A stretch of 64,000 bases of DNA from an uncultured Candidatus Saccharibacteria bacterium (GCA_964620475.1 CAZUJN010000001.1:4651-68650); one strand, 5' to 3'. Positions 38,226 through 48,811 are shown, counted from the first letter of the stretch. The notes: generated by a model not told the origin, from the letters alone. Numbers and translations are program-made.

Positions 38226-39908
38226 ATGAATGTAATCTTTGATGAAGAAAAAAAGAATCAACAACTAAAACAAATGAGACAGGACGAAGATGAAAGACTT
38301 GTTCAGATGTTATCGGACAGATATTCTATACCCTATATAAATCTCTCTACTTTTTCTATAAACACAGACGCATTAAGATTATTAGATCAAGAAATAGCCA
38401 AAAAATCAGAATGTGTAATATTTGATATAGTTGGTAAAAAAATACACCTAGCAATATATAACCCCTCAAACGAGTCACTCGAGGATACAGTTGATGGACT
38501 AAAAAGAAAAGGATATGAAATAATTTTTCACATAGCTTCTAAGTTTAGCTTGGATAAAGCTTATGCTTTATACAAAGATTTATCTTTTGCTGTTGAAACA
38601 GAGGCTGGGTCTCTTGATATATCAGACGATGAAATAGAAGAACTTGTTGAAAAAACAGAAAACCTAGAAGATATAAAGAAGTTTTTAACAGAGGCATTAC
38701 AAGAAAAAAAGAGTCATAAACTTTCTAAGTTGTTAGCTGTTATAATGGCTGGAGGTCTTGCCACAAAAGCTTCTGATATACACATAGAAGCTGAAGATGG
38801 TTTCTCTAAGTTAAGATATAGAATAGATGGTGTTTTAATAGAAGCAACACAATTTGATTTAGATACATATCATTCATTGCTTTCTAGATTAAAACTTTTG
38901 TCAGGCTTAAAACTAAATGTAAAAGATAATGCACAAGACGGAAGATTTACTATTAAAATATACACAAATGATATAGAGATTCGTGTATCTACAATACCCG
39001 GATCATATGGTGAATCAATAGTTATGCGTATATTGAATCCAAAATCTATATCTTCAGGTTTAGAAGAACTTGGTTTTAATAAAAGACTTTACGATATAGT
39101 TATAAAAGAAATAAACAGACCAAACGGTATGATACTTTTAACAGGTCCAACCGGTTCTGGTAAGACAACAACACTATATGCTTTCTTAAAAAAGACAATG
39201 TCTCCTGAATATAAAATCATAACCATAGAAGATCCTGTTGAATATCATTTACCAGGTATAGTTCAAACACAAGTTGATGAGAAAAAAGGTTATACCTTTG
39301 GCGAAGGATTAAGATCTATAGTTAGACAAGACCCTGATATTATATTAGTTGGTGAGATTCGTGATGGAGAAACTGCTCAAACAGCAATACAGGCCTCACT
39401 CACAGGTCACCTTGTTTTTTCAACACTACACACTAACAACGCTGCCGGAACTTTTATAAGACTTATAGACTTAGGTGCTGATCCAAAAACACTCACCTCA
39501 TCCCTTCATTTAGCTATAGCACAAAGATTAGTAAGAACTCTTTGTCCAAAATGTAAACAATTAAAAGACATAGACGAAAAACAAAATAAAATAATACAAG
39601 AAACCATAGATTCACTTGAAGGATATGAGGAAAGAAGTGAGGTAACAGAGATACCAAAACAACTTTATGCCGCAGTTGGTTGTGCCGAATGTAACAACAC
39701 AGGATATAAAGGGCGTGTTGGTGTTCATGAAGGAATATTATCTACAGAAAAGATAGAACAAGTTGTATCATCAAACCCTAGTGAGAGAGAAATAAAAGAA
39801 GCTGCTTTAGAACAAAAAATATTAACAATGAAACAAGACGGTGTTTTGAAAATATTAAAAGGAATTACCACATTAGACGAGCTAGAAAGGATTGTTGATA
39901 TATATTAA
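38226..39908 (+). CDS. pilB: Type IV pilus assembly ATPase (PilB/GspE family)
   Basis: ASDIHIE, QDGRF, GPTGSGKTTTLY, TIEDPVEY, RQDPDIILVGEIRD, two CxxC. Confidence 0.92.
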   Translation: MNVIFDEEKKNQQLKQMRQDEDERLVQMLSDRYSIPYINLSTFSINTDALRLLDQEIAKKSECVIFDIVGKKIHLAIYNPSNESLEDTVDGLKRKGYEIIFHIASKFSLDKAYALYKDLSFAVETEAGSLDISDDEIEELVEKTENLEDIKKFLTEALQEKKSHKLSKLLAVIMAGGLATKASDIHIEAEDGFSKLRYRIDGVLIEATQFDLDTYHSLLSRLKLLSGLKLNVKDNAQDGRFTIKIYTNDIEIRVSTIPGSYGESIVMRILNPKSISSGLEELGFNKRLYDIVIKEINRPNGMILLTGPTGSGKTTTLYAFLKKTMSPEYKIITIEDPVEYHLPGIVQTQVDEKKGYTFGEGLRSIVRQDPDIILVGEIRDGETAQTAIQASLTGHLVFSTLHTNNAAGTFIRLIDLGADPKTLTSSLHLAIAQRLVRTLCPKCKQLKDIDEKQNKIIQETIDSLEGYEERSEVTEIPKQLYAAVGCAECNNTGYKGRVGVHEGILSTEKIEQVVSSNPSEREIKEAALEQKILTMKQDGVLKILKGITTLDELERIVDIY

Positions 39909-39925
39909 AAAAAAATTTTAGTCAA

Positions 39926-39954
39926 TTGACTAATAAAAAAATAAAACATATCAT
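39926..39954 (+). promoter_or_regulatory. Sigma70-type promoter for the candidate ncRNA
   Basis: TTGACT-17 bp-TATCAT; predicted start about 39961. Confidence 0.6.
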
Positions 39955-39961
39955 AAAAAAA

Positions 39962-40124
39962 GAATGACCCTTTAAATCTCCAAGCAAAACTTTTTTAGTT
40001 AATAAAAAAGCTCAATATGTTTTCAAGGATAGCCTCAGGAATATAGTAAACTATACACCAAAGCGTCCTCTAACTCATACCAAAAACCCGGAGGGTTCAT
40101 TGCTTGGAGACTTAAAAAGTCATT
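39962..40124 (+). ncRNA. Candidate 6S-like RNA
   Basis: About 163 nt; closing stem AATGAC..TTTAA.TCTCCAAGCAA / TTGCTTGGAGA.TTAAA..GTCATT; no ORF. Confidence 0.5.
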
Positions 40125-40171
40125 ACATCTTTATCAAATAACTAAGACTAGTATAGCACAATGCTACCCCT

Positions 40172-41179
40172 ATGTCAAGCGACCTAAATAACATCAAAAA
40201 TAAGGCTCCAGAAGACAAGGTTTTGGACCAAACACTCCGACCTTCTTCTTTTGATGAATATATAGGACAAGAAAATATAAAGAATAACTTAAAAATACTT
40301 CTTCAGGCTGCAAAAGGTAGAAACCATGCACCAGAACATATACTTTTTTATGGTTCACCAGGTTTAGGCAAGACAACTTTAGCTTATCTTATAGCAAAAG
40401 AATTAGGTGTTCAAATGAAAGTTACATCCGGACCGGCAATAGAAAGAGTTGGTGATCTTGCGTCGATATTAACAAACCTTTCACCGGGAGATATTTTGTT
40501 TATAGATGAGATACATAGATTAAACAAAGCTGTTGAAGAGATACTCTACCCCGCCATGGAATCAGGACAAATGGATATAATAGTTGGAAAAGGACCAGCA
40601 GCAAGAACAATACAATTAGAATTACCACCTTTTACATTAATAGCAGCGACAACAAGAGTTGCGATGATATCATCACCTCTTAGGTCTCGTTTTTCTGGTG
40701 GGGTTTTTAAATTAGAATTTTATAATAACAAAGAAATACAATCTATAGTAGAAAGATCTGCTAATATTTTAAATATAAAACTTGAAAAAAATGCAGCAAA
40801 ATACATAGCAGATAGAAGCAGAAAAACCCCAAGAACAGCAAACTATTTATTAAAAAGATGTCGTGATTTAGCTCAAGTTTATGAAAAAGATTTAGATGAA
40901 GATATAGTTATAGAAGCTTTAAACATGATAGGAACAGACAGTGTTGGTTTAAATAAATCAGATATAGATCTTTTAGAAATTATAATACACAAGTACAACG
41001 GTGGTCCTGTTGGTCTTTCAACTATAGCAGCCTCTTTATCAGAAGATGAAGCAACCATAGAAGATTTCAATGAACCATATTTAATACAGTTGGGTTTTTT
41101 AGACAGAACACCTCGCGGTCGTGTTGTAACAAAATCAGCTTATGATCATTTAAATATTACTTATACAAAAAATGATTAA
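40172..41179 (+). CDS. ruvB: Holliday junction helicase RuvB
   Basis: LRP..F.EYIGQ, GSPGLGKTT, FIDEIHR, RTPRGR. Confidence 0.97.
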   Translation: MSSDLNNIKNKAPEDKVLDQTLRPSSFDEYIGQENIKNNLKILLQAAKGRNHAPEHILFYGSPGLGKTTLAYLIAKELGVQMKVTSGPAIERVGDLASILTNLSPGDILFIDEIHRLNKAVEEILYPAMESGQMDIIVGKGPAARTIQLELPPFTLIAATTRVAMISSPLRSRFSGGVFKLEFYNNKEIQSIVERSANILNIKLEKNAAKYIADRSRKTPRTANYLLKRCRDLAQVYEKDLDEDIVIEALNMIGTDSVGLNKSDIDLLEIIIHKYNGGPVGLSTIAASLSEDEATIEDFNEPYLIQLGFLDRTPRGRVVTKSAYDHLNITYTKND

Positions 41180-41684
41180 AAATAACAAAAAAATAATTTT
41201 ATCTATTGATCCTGGTTTTGAAAGGTTAGGTATATGTATTTTGGAAAAAGATTATAGTTTATCAAACAAAAATATAAAAATTATTTATTCGGAATGTTTC
41301 AAAACATCAAAAGAATTGGTTTTTGAGGAGAGGTTGTTAAATATAGGTAAACACATAGAATCAATAATAAAAAAACATAAACCAACAGGTTTGGCTATAG
41401 AAAACCTTTTTATGACAACAAATCAAAAAACTGCCTTTAGGGTTTCTGAAGTTAGAGGTGTTTTATTATATATATCAAAAATCAATCAAATGAATGTTTT
41501 TGAATATACCCCTCTTCAAATAAAATCCGCCATAACAGGTTCTGGCAAAAGCGACAAAACGGCGGTTCAGAAAATGTTATTGATTTTATTACCTGAATTA
41601 AAGAATTCAAGCAAAAAAATAGATGATGAGTATGATGCCATAGCTTGTGGATTAACACACTTTGCATTAGAGAAAAGATTATGA
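41172..41684 (+). CDS. ruvC: Holliday junction resolvase RuvC
   Basis: SIDPG, AIE, EYTPLQIK.AITGSG..DK, DD..DAIA. Confidence 0.93.
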   Translation: MIKNNKKIILSIDPGFERLGICILEKDYSLSNKNIKIIYSECFKTSKELVFEERLLNIGKHIESIIKKHKPTGLAIENLFMTTNQKTAFRVSEVRGVLLYISKINQMNVFEYTPLQIKSAITGSGKSDKTAVQKMLLILLPELKNSSKKIDDEYDAIACGLTHFALEKRL

Positions 41685-41699
41685 TTAAATATTAAAATC

Positions 41700-41981
41700 A
41701 TGCCAAAGAAAAAAGATCTAAATATACAACAACCAGTAGTAAACAATAACGAGGATGAGTTGCAAGATGTTTTGTCTTTAGGTGATTTAGGTATAGATTT
41801 AGGTGACGATGATTTACTCATAACAACAGAAGAAACAATAACTGTTATAACAGAGGAAGATGAAGAATTATTAGAAGATGAAGAATTTTTACTCGGCTAT
41901 AATAAGAAAAAAAATAAAAAAAACAGTTCTGAAGAAGACGATATAGAGGATTTTGATAGTTATTTTTATCAAGAAGAATAA
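41700..41981 (+). CDS. Small highly acidic hypothetical protein
   Basis: 93-aa D/E-rich ORF in the same transcription direction as ruvC. Confidence 0.6.
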   Translation: MPKKKDLNIQQPVVNNNEDELQDVLSLGDLGIDLGDDDLLITTEETITVITEEDEELLEDEEFLLGYNKKKNKKNSSEEDDIEDFDSYFYQEE

Positions 41982-41997
41982 ATGTTACTATATATAC

Positions 41998-44445
41998 ATG
42001 TTAAAGAAAGTAAAAAAACTGGTTTATAAACTTGAGGATTTTTTGATTAATACTATAACTTATATAATTAGGTTTTTAAGGAAAAGAAAAAAAGGTTATA
42101 CAAAAACAGAAGATTTTATTTATAAAAGTTTTATTGTTTTATTATCTGTTTTTATGTTATCTGCTGGTGTATTCATGATATGGTTTTCGACTTTAAAAAC
42201 ACCGGATATAAACATGTTTGATGATAAACTTCTAGGTCAATCCGCAAAAATATATGATAGGACAGGTAACATCTTGTTATATGATTTAAGTCAAAAAGTA
42301 AGAAGATCTGTTGTGCCTTTGGATCAAATTTCTCCTTATATAGTAAATGCTACAATAGCTATAGAGGATAATGATTTTTATAATCATGATGGTATAAAAA
42401 TAAAATCTCTTTTAAGAGCTGTTTTAGCAAATGTTTTAGATAGAGGTTATAGTCAAGGTGGTTCAACAATAACACAACAAGTTGTTAAAAACTCACTATT
42501 AACAACCGATAAAAAAATAACAAGAAAAATAAAAGAGATTTTCCTTGCTCTTAAATTGGAAAGAAATTTAACAAAGAATGAAATTCTTACATTATATTTA
42601 AATAACTCACCTTATGGTGGAAACATATATGGTGTTGAGGAAGCAACACAATTATTTTTTGATAAAAAAGCTTCTGATGTTACCTTAGCCGAAGCTGCTG
42701 TTATAGCATCTTTACCACAAGCACCATCTAGATATAATCCGTATAGTGGAAAAAAAGAGGCTTTGTTAGAAAGAAAAAATCTTGTGTTAGCAAATATGCT
42801 TAGATTAAAAATGATTAATGAGGATCAATATAATCAAGCTAAAAACGAAAACATAGTTTTTCAACCAAGAAATCTAGGTTCAATAAAAGCGCCTCATTTT
42901 GTGATGTATATAAAAGATCAACTTGAAAAAAAATATGGGTTGGAAAAATTATCAGAAGGTGGTTTTAAGGTTATAAGTACAATAGATTATGATATACAAA
43001 AAAAGGGTGAGGAAATAGCCTCAAATTACATAAAATCAAATCAAAAACGCTTTAATGCAGAGAATGGTGCAATGGTTGCTATAGACCCTAAAACAGGGCA
43101 AATATTAGCAATGATAGGCTCTAGAGACTACTTTGATACAGACATAGATGGTAACTTTAATGTTGCTACCGCTTATAGACAACCAGGTTCTTCTTTTAAA
43201 CCTTTTGTTTATGCCGAAGCTTTTAATAAAGGCTTTTTACCTCAAACAATACTTTTCGATACACCCACAGAATTTTCTTCAGAATGTACACCATCAGGAA
43301 CACCAAAACACCCAGAAGCCGTGTGTTATAAACCTCAAAACTATGAAGGGGGTTATAAAGGTCCTATAACAATAAGATATGCACTTGGTGCCTCAAGAAA
43401 CATACCTGCTGTAAAAGCTATATATTTGGTAGGAATACAACCTGTTATAAATCTAGCAAAAATAATGGGTGTATCAAATCTAGAAGACGCATCAAAATAT
43501 GGTTTATCTCTAGCCTTAGGTTCAGCTGATGTTTCCCTTCTTGATATGACAAGTGCTTATGGTGTCTTTGCCAATGATGGTATAAGAAACAATGTTACAG
43601 GTATATTAAAAATAGAGGATGAGAATGGAAAAATTTTAGAAGAATATGAACCATCACCTAAAAAAGTATTAAACGAACAGGTGGCACGTATGATGAATGA
43701 TATTTTATCTGATCCCGCAGCAAGAAATTCTATTTTTGTTAAAAATTATTTCAAAGATGATATTGTTGCATTAAAGACAGGAACAACAAACAATTCTCGT
43801 GATGCTTGGACTATAGGTTACACACCAACAGTGGTTATGGGTGCTTGGATGGGTAATAACAATAATAAACCCATGTCACAAATAGCTTCTGCGTTGATAG
43901 TCTCACCTATGTGGAAACAATATATGGATTTTATATTAACAAAAGTTAATAAAGAAGATTTTATAAAACCAGACGAAATAACAGAAGATGTTAAACCATT
44001 TTTTAAAGGATCTTATAAAACAGCAGATGGTGTTGCACACAGTGAGTTGTATTGGATAGACAGAGATGATATATCAGGTGCACAACCATCCAACCCTGCA
44101 AAAGATCCGTTGTTTTATAATTTTGAAAATTCTATATACAACGATAGTCAAACTTTTAGTAGTGGTAATAATAATTCAGGATTATCTATAAGTTTATCAA
44201 ATAAAACATTAAATAAAAAAGATAATTTATCTATAACAGTTTCTGGTTATGATGAAAAAACAAGTAAAATTGATTATATTATTAATAATAATAAAATAGT
44301 TAGCTTAGGTAATCCTCCTTATAATTACACTGTTAATATTGGTTTATTATCAAACATAGAACCAGAAAACGAATTAAAGGTTGTTGAATATAGAAACGAT
44401 GGAACAACAAGAATATCCACATCATACTTTACAGTTCAAGAATAA
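41998..44445 (+). CDS. Class A penicillin-binding protein (transglycosylase/transpeptidase)
   Basis: EDNDFY.H.G, GGSTITQQ, RKIKE, GSSFKP, SRN, KTGT; likely start 41998. Confidence 0.95.
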   Translation: MLKKVKKLVYKLEDFLINTITYIIRFLRKRKKGYTKTEDFIYKSFIVLLSVFMLSAGVFMIWFSTLKTPDINMFDDKLLGQSAKIYDRTGNILLYDLSQKVRRSVVPLDQISPYIVNATIAIEDNDFYNHDGIKIKSLLRAVLANVLDRGYSQGGSTITQQVVKNSLLTTDKKITRKIKEIFLALKLERNLTKNEILTLYLNNSPYGGNIYGVEEATQLFFDKKASDVTLAEAAVIASLPQAPSRYNPYSGKKEALLERKNLVLANMLRLKMINEDQYNQAKNENIVFQPRNLGSIKAPHFVMYIKDQLEKKYGLEKLSEGGFKVISTIDYDIQKKGEEIASNYIKSNQKRFNAENGAMVAIDPKTGQILAMIGSRDYFDTDIDGNFNVATAYRQPGSSFKPFVYAEAFNKGFLPQTILFDTPTEFSSECTPSGTPKHPEAVCYKPQNYEGGYKGPITIRYALGASRNIPAVKAIYLVGIQPVINLAKIMGVSNLEDASKYGLSLALGSADVSLLDMTSAYGVFANDGIRNNVTGILKIEDENGKILEEYEPSPKKVLNEQVARMMNDILSDPAARNSIFVKNYFKDDIVALKTGTTNNSRDAWTIGYTPTVVMGAWMGNNNNKPMSQIASALIVSPMWKQYMDFILTKVNKEDFIKPDEITEDVKPFFKGSYKTADGVAHSELYWIDRDDISGAQPSNPAKDPLFYNFENSIYNDSQTFSSGNNNSGLSISLSNKTLNKKDNLSITVSGYDEKTSKIDYIINNNKIVSLGNPPYNYTVNIGLLSNIEPENELKVVEYRNDGTTRISTSYFTVQE

Positions 44446-44686
44446 TATCTTTGTTTAAAGATTTTAAAGATTGATTTAGTTTATTAAGATTTAGAAATAA
44501 AACAAACTTTTTATTAGAGTTTGTTTTTATTTTTATTTTATTTTTATTTAAAAATATCTCATTGCTATAAATATCTATACTAGTATTATTTTTAATAATA
44601 TTTAATATATCATTAATTAGTTTATCAAAATCTTTTTTTTGATTTTTAATGTCTAATATGTTTGATAAATCTTTTATATTCTTCAT
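44429..44686 (-). CDS. Hypothetical protein downstream of dnaN (possibly DciA/DUF721-like)
   Basis: 85-aa ORF 8 nt after dnaN; family guess rests on size and position. Confidence 0.45.
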   Translation of the reverse strand: MKNIKDLSNILDIKNQKKDFDKLINDILNIIKNNTSIDIYSNEIFLNKNKIKIKTNSNKKFVLFLNLNKLNQSLKSLNKDIILEL

Positions 44687-44694
44687 ATAAATAA

Positions 44695-45819
44695 CTATTT
44701 ATTCATAGGCATAACCATGTAAACATAACTATTATCATTCTTAGGTTTAATAACAGTAGGTGTTGTTTTTCCACTAATACCTATATTAACCTTATCTGAT
44801 TTTATTTTATTTAGGAAATCTGATAAATATCTATGATTATAGTTTTGTGTTATATTTTCACCTTTTTTAATTATATTTTTTGTTGAAAAAGTCTCACCTA
44901 TTTTATTGTTTTTAGAATAAAATTCTATATCATTATCTTTTATATCAACTTTAACATAGTTAAAATCATCAGAAAAAATATTAGATGCTTTTAAAGCATT
45001 AACAACATCATTTGTTTCAACTTCTATTTCAGTAATAAATTGGGTTGGTATTATTGCTTTATAATTAGGATATAAACCTGAAACAGTTCTAACACATAAC
45101 AAACTGTCGGATGTTTTTACACAAAATAAACCTTTTTCAAGAAAAATCGATATTGATATGTTTGAATATATAACTTTCAATAAATCATTTAATATTTTAG
45201 CTGATATAAGTATTTGTTTAAAATCTTCAATATTTTTGATATCATCTTTATTTATTTTTTTCTTTTTTTCAGCTAATCTAAAACCATCTGTTGCAACAAA
45301 ATATATAGTTTCATTGTCATAAGACATAAGAACACAAGATAGTTCTGGTTTTATACTAGATAGAGCAGCTGCAAAAGAAACTGATTGTATACCATCTATT
45401 AAAATATCCGAGTTAATAACCAAATTATTATCGTTATTTACATTAAAACTGGTCAAATTTGGATAGTTTGAAGCTGAAACGGTTTGTATATTAGATTCTT
45501 GGTTTTTAACCTTTATTTTAAGAGAATTTTCATTAAATTCTAAAATAACATTTTCATTTTTATCAAATAAGTTTAAATAACTTAAAATAATATTAGGATT
45601 TATACATATTTTTTTTGTTTTTCCTTCTGATAAGGTTTTAATGAAAACCTCTTGAGTATAAAATATATCTAGATTATAACTTGTTATCTTAAGATTGGAT
45701 GAATCAACAACTTCTAAAAGAATATTTTCTAAAATAGGTTGATTAGGATTCTTAATTGTTACCTTAGAAGCCTTACCTATTACATCTATTAATAATTCGT
45801 TTATTGTTTCTATCTGCAT
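44695..45819 (-). CDS. dnaN: DNA polymerase III beta sliding clamp
   Basis: PILENILL, VATDGFRLAEK, YPNY, YMVMPM; downstream of dnaA. Confidence 0.95.
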   Translation of the reverse strand: MQIETINELLIDVIGKASKVTIKNPNQPILENILLEVVDSSNLKITSYNLDIFYTQEVFIKTLSEGKTKKICINPNIILSYLNLFDKNENVILEFNENSLKIKVKNQESNIQTVSASNYPNLTSFNVNNDNNLVINSDILIDGIQSVSFAAALSSIKPELSCVLMSYDNETIYFVATDGFRLAEKKKKINKDDIKNIEDFKQILISAKILNDLLKVIYSNISISIFLEKGLFCVKTSDSLLCVRTVSGLYPNYKAIIPTQFITEIEVETNDVVNALKASNIFSDDFNYVKVDIKDNDIEFYSKNNKIGETFSTKNIIKKGENITQNYNHRYLSDFLNKIKSDKVNIGISGKTTPTVIKPKNDNSYVYMVMPMNK

Positions 45820-46097
45820 TTTTCTTTTTTTATTTAATTATACACAATACAGACTATTATGTCTGTGGATATCTTGATAACTGTATTATATGCATATAAC
45901 ACAAGGTTTTATTGTTTATAGATCATGTGGATAATATTGTGGATATATGTGGATAAATAAGGTGTATAACTTTATATATGTGGATATATCTATATTAATT
46001 AACATTTTATACAGTATTTATACAAAGATATACAATATATATCAACATATTTATACATATATTATACACTTGATATCCACTTATTTATACACAATTA
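45820..46097. other. oriC: Replication origin oriC (DnaA-box cluster)
   Basis: TTATACACA 45838, TGTGGATAA 45926 and 45948, several TGTGGATAT, TTATACACA near 46085, AT-rich; the + strand appears to become G/T-rich to the right. Confidence 0.9.
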
Positions 46098-47465
46098 TTA
46101 CATTCTTAACATTGATTTTATTTGACTTATTTCATCAAATAATGTCTGGTTTGAGGAAAGTTCATCCTTTATCTTTTCACAGGCATGCATGACTGTTGTA
46201 TGATCCCTACCCCCTAGTTTTTGACCTATATTTGATAATGAATAATTGAAATATTCTCTTAAAATATACATCAAAACCTGTCTAGGTTTAACAATCTCTT
46301 GTTTTCTGTTTTTTTCTATTAATAGTTTTTCATCTGTTTTATAAAAAGATGAAACTGCTTTAATTATATCTTTAAAAGAGGTATTTTCAGCTGTTTTTAC
46401 TATGTTTTTAGTCAGATTTTTAACTTCATCTAAAGAAAGTGTTCTACCTCTTATTTGAGATTGTATTGATATATTGTTTATTATACCTTCTATTTCTCTT
46501 ATACTACCATCTAACCCTTCAGCTAAATATTGTATAGTCTCTTGATCTAGTTTTGTATCACTTTGCTCTAGTTTTGACCTTATTATAGCTATTTTTGATT
46601 CAACATCTATTCTAGGTATATCTATGATCATACCTTGAGAAAACCTTGATTTTAAACGACTTTCTAGGTTTTGTAGATAATTTGGGTGTTGATCTGATGA
46701 AAAAATAATTTGTCTTTGATTATCATAAAGATGATTAAATAAATGAAATAATTCCTCCTGAGTTCTCTCTTTGTTTGATAAAAATTGTATATCATCCATT
46801 ATTAAAAGATCATATTTTTTATATTTTTCCTTAAAAACATTGGTTTTATTGTTTTGTAATGATGAAATATAGTCTGTTGTAAACCTCTCACTTGTTACAT
46901 AAAAAACCTTCTTATTAAGAGTGTTTTTATAATAATTACCAACAGCCTGCATAAGATGGGTTTTTCCTACCCCTGTACTACCATAGAAGAATAAAGGGTT
47001 GTAAAAACCAGGTTTTTTTATAATAGCTTGTGCCGAGGCATAAGCTAACTCATTAAAAGAACCAACAACAAAGGTATCAAATATGTATTTAGGGTTTAAA
47101 TTATCGTTTAAATCTATATAATTATCTTTTATAGGTAATTCATTCTTTTTATTATCATCTTTCTTGTTATCCCCTTCTTTTTCTTCGTTTTTTAATACTT
47201 TTTCTATTTTTGGAACAGATGGCAGTATAACAAATTCAACGTTTTTTATGTGTTCATTGTTTTTTCTTAAACTATTTAATATTTTTGTATAACATTTACT
47301 CTTAATCCAGTCTACAGCAAATGAGTTTTGAACCAAAACCTTAAAAACACCGTCTTCAAATGAGTCAACTTTGGTGTTTTTTAGCCAAGTATTATAACCA
47401 GATGGTGTAACAAAGGTTTTTATTTCCTCTAATGTTTTTTTCCAAATATTGTTATAAGCTTCCAT
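46098..47465 (-). CDS. dnaA: Chromosomal replication initiator DnaA
   Basis: LNPKY.FDTFV.G..N, YNPLFFYG.TGVGKTHL, DDIQFL, GGRDHTTV. Confidence 0.98.
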   Translation of the reverse strand: MEAYNNIWKKTLEEIKTFVTPSGYNTWLKNTKVDSFEDGVFKVLVQNSFAVDWIKSKCYTKILNSLRKNNEHIKNVEFVILPSVPKIEKVLKNEEKEGDNKKDDNKKNELPIKDNYIDLNDNLNPKYIFDTFVVGSFNELAYASAQAIIKKPGFYNPLFFYGSTGVGKTHLMQAVGNYYKNTLNKKVFYVTSERFTTDYISSLQNNKTNVFKEKYKKYDLLIMDDIQFLSNKERTQEELFHLFNHLYDNQRQIIFSSDQHPNYLQNLESRLKSRFSQGMIIDIPRIDVESKIAIIRSKLEQSDTKLDQETIQYLAEGLDGSIREIEGIINNISIQSQIRGRTLSLDEVKNLTKNIVKTAENTSFKDIIKAVSSFYKTDEKLLIEKNRKQEIVKPRQVLMYILREYFNYSLSNIGQKLGGRDHTTVMHACEKIKDELSSNQTLFDEISQIKSMLRM

Positions 47466-47492
47466 GTGGATAAATTATATACCTGTGGATAA
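47465..47492. promoter_or_regulatory. Two consensus DnaA boxes at the dnaA promoter/start
   Basis: TGTGGATAA at 47465-47473 and 47484-47492 flanking a minus-strand TATAAT. Confidence 0.8.
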
Positions 47493-47540
47493 CTTTTTTT
47501 ACCTTGTTTTTTTTATAAAATAATGTATATTGTTTATATT

Positions 47541-47693
47541 ATGTCAGTAACATATCAACCTAAAAAAAGAAAAAGAGCAAAAAAGCATGGTTTTCTATCT
47601 AGAACAAAAACACATGGCGGAAAGAGGGTTTTGCAAGCTAGAAGAAGAAAAGGTAGAAAAGATCTATCAAAAGTTGTAAAAAAAGTTAAATAA
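47541..47693 (+). CDS. rpmH: 50S ribosomal protein L34 (below the ORF-track cutoff)
   Basis: [43 protein letters not shown]...; divergent from dnaA. Confidence 0.96.
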   Translation: MSVTYQPKKRKRAKKHGFLSRTKTHGGKRVLQARRRKGRKDLSKVVKKVK

Positions 47694-47728
47694 TTCAATA
47701 AAACCTTATAAAATAAGGATTTTAAGTT

Positions 47729-48007
47729 ATGTTATACTCAATAAAAACAATAAATCAGAAAGAAAAGTCTGGTTTTTTTGTTTATTTTGTGGCCAAAAAG
47801 AAGGTTTTTAAAACAGCTGTTTTAAGAAATAGAGCTAAAAGAATAGCAAGACATGGTTTTTATAAAGCAAAAAAAGACTTAATTTCAGACATTTTTCCTA
47901 ATAAACAGGTTATTTTCTTTCTAGAAAATGGTATTATTCAAGAGTCATTTGAAAATGTTGTAGAATCTTTTAAAAATGATTTATTAAAGATAATAAATAA
48001 AAAATAA
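47729..48007 (+). CDS. rnpA: RNase P protein component (short)
   Basis: KK..KTAVLRNRAKR RNR motif; rpmH-rnpA-yidC synteny. Confidence 0.8.
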   Translation: MLYSIKTINQKEKSGFFVYFVAKKKVFKTAVLRNRAKRIARHGFYKAKKDLISDIFPNKQVIFFLENGIIQESFENVVESFKNDLLKIINKK

Positions 48008-48021
48008 ACTATAATTTATAT

Positions 48022-48756
48022 ATGTTCCACACATTATTTTATAAACCAATGTATAATGCATTGATTTTTATATTAGATATTTTACCTAACCACGATGTAG
48101 CTATTGCGGTAATAATTTTAACTGTTTTTATTAAAATTGTATTATTACCCCTTTCTCATAAAATGTTTAAAACACAAATATTACAAAGAAAGGTTCAACC
48201 TATAATATCTAAAATTCAAGAGGAATATAAAGATAATAGACAGATGCTTGGTATAAAATTATTAGAGGTTTATAAAGAACATAAACTAAACCCCTTCTCT
48301 TCTATATTGTTAATGTTAATACAAATACCTATAGTATTTGCTTTATATTTTGTTTTTTATAAAGGTGGTTTACCAAACATAAACACCATAGATCTATATA
48401 GTTTTACACCTTTTGTTAATAATGTTAACCATATATTATTTAATGTTGATTTTACAAAAGCAAATAGCTTTGTTGGATTGGTTGCTGCTTTGTTTCAATA
48501 TGCTCAAATACGTTTATCTCTTCAAAACATACAAACAACAGATAAACCTATTAATGAATTAAAACCTGAAGAAATAATGCAAAAACAAATGAGTTTTATG
48601 ATGAAGTGGTTTATACCGGTTTTGATCTTTATAGCCTCTTTAAAGGTTTCCGCAGCTGTAGCGTTGTATTGGATAGTCTCTTCTGTTTTTATGATAATAC
48701 AAGAATTATATTTTAGAAATAAATATAAAGAAGAGTTATTAAGCTTGAAGAAATAA
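48022..48756 (+). CDS. yidC: YidC/Oxa1 membrane insertase
   Basis: AVIILTVFIKIVLLPL, QP...IQEEYK, LIQIPI, LYW. Confidence 0.93.
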   Translation: MFHTLFYKPMYNALIFILDILPNHDVAIAVIILTVFIKIVLLPLSHKMFKTQILQRKVQPIISKIQEEYKDNRQMLGIKLLEVYKEHKLNPFSSILLMLIQIPIVFALYFVFYKGGLPNINTIDLYSFTPFVNNVNHILFNVDFTKANSFVGLVAALFQYAQIRLSLQNIQTTDKPINELKPEEIMQKQMSFMMKWFIPVLIFIASLKVSAAVALYWIVSSVFMIIQELYFRNKYKEELLSLKK

Positions 48757-48776
48757 TGAATTGTATCTAATAATAA

Positions 48777-48811
48777 AAATAAATCCATACTTTTTCGTAT
48801 GGATTTATTTT
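48777..48811. terminator. Bidirectional terminator
   Basis: AAATAAATCCATAC-tttttc-GTATGGATTTATTT. Confidence 0.75.

Noticed and set aside
45947-46192. 81-aa ORF in oriC
   Set aside because: Runs through DnaA boxes and antisense to dnaA; low-complexity translation.
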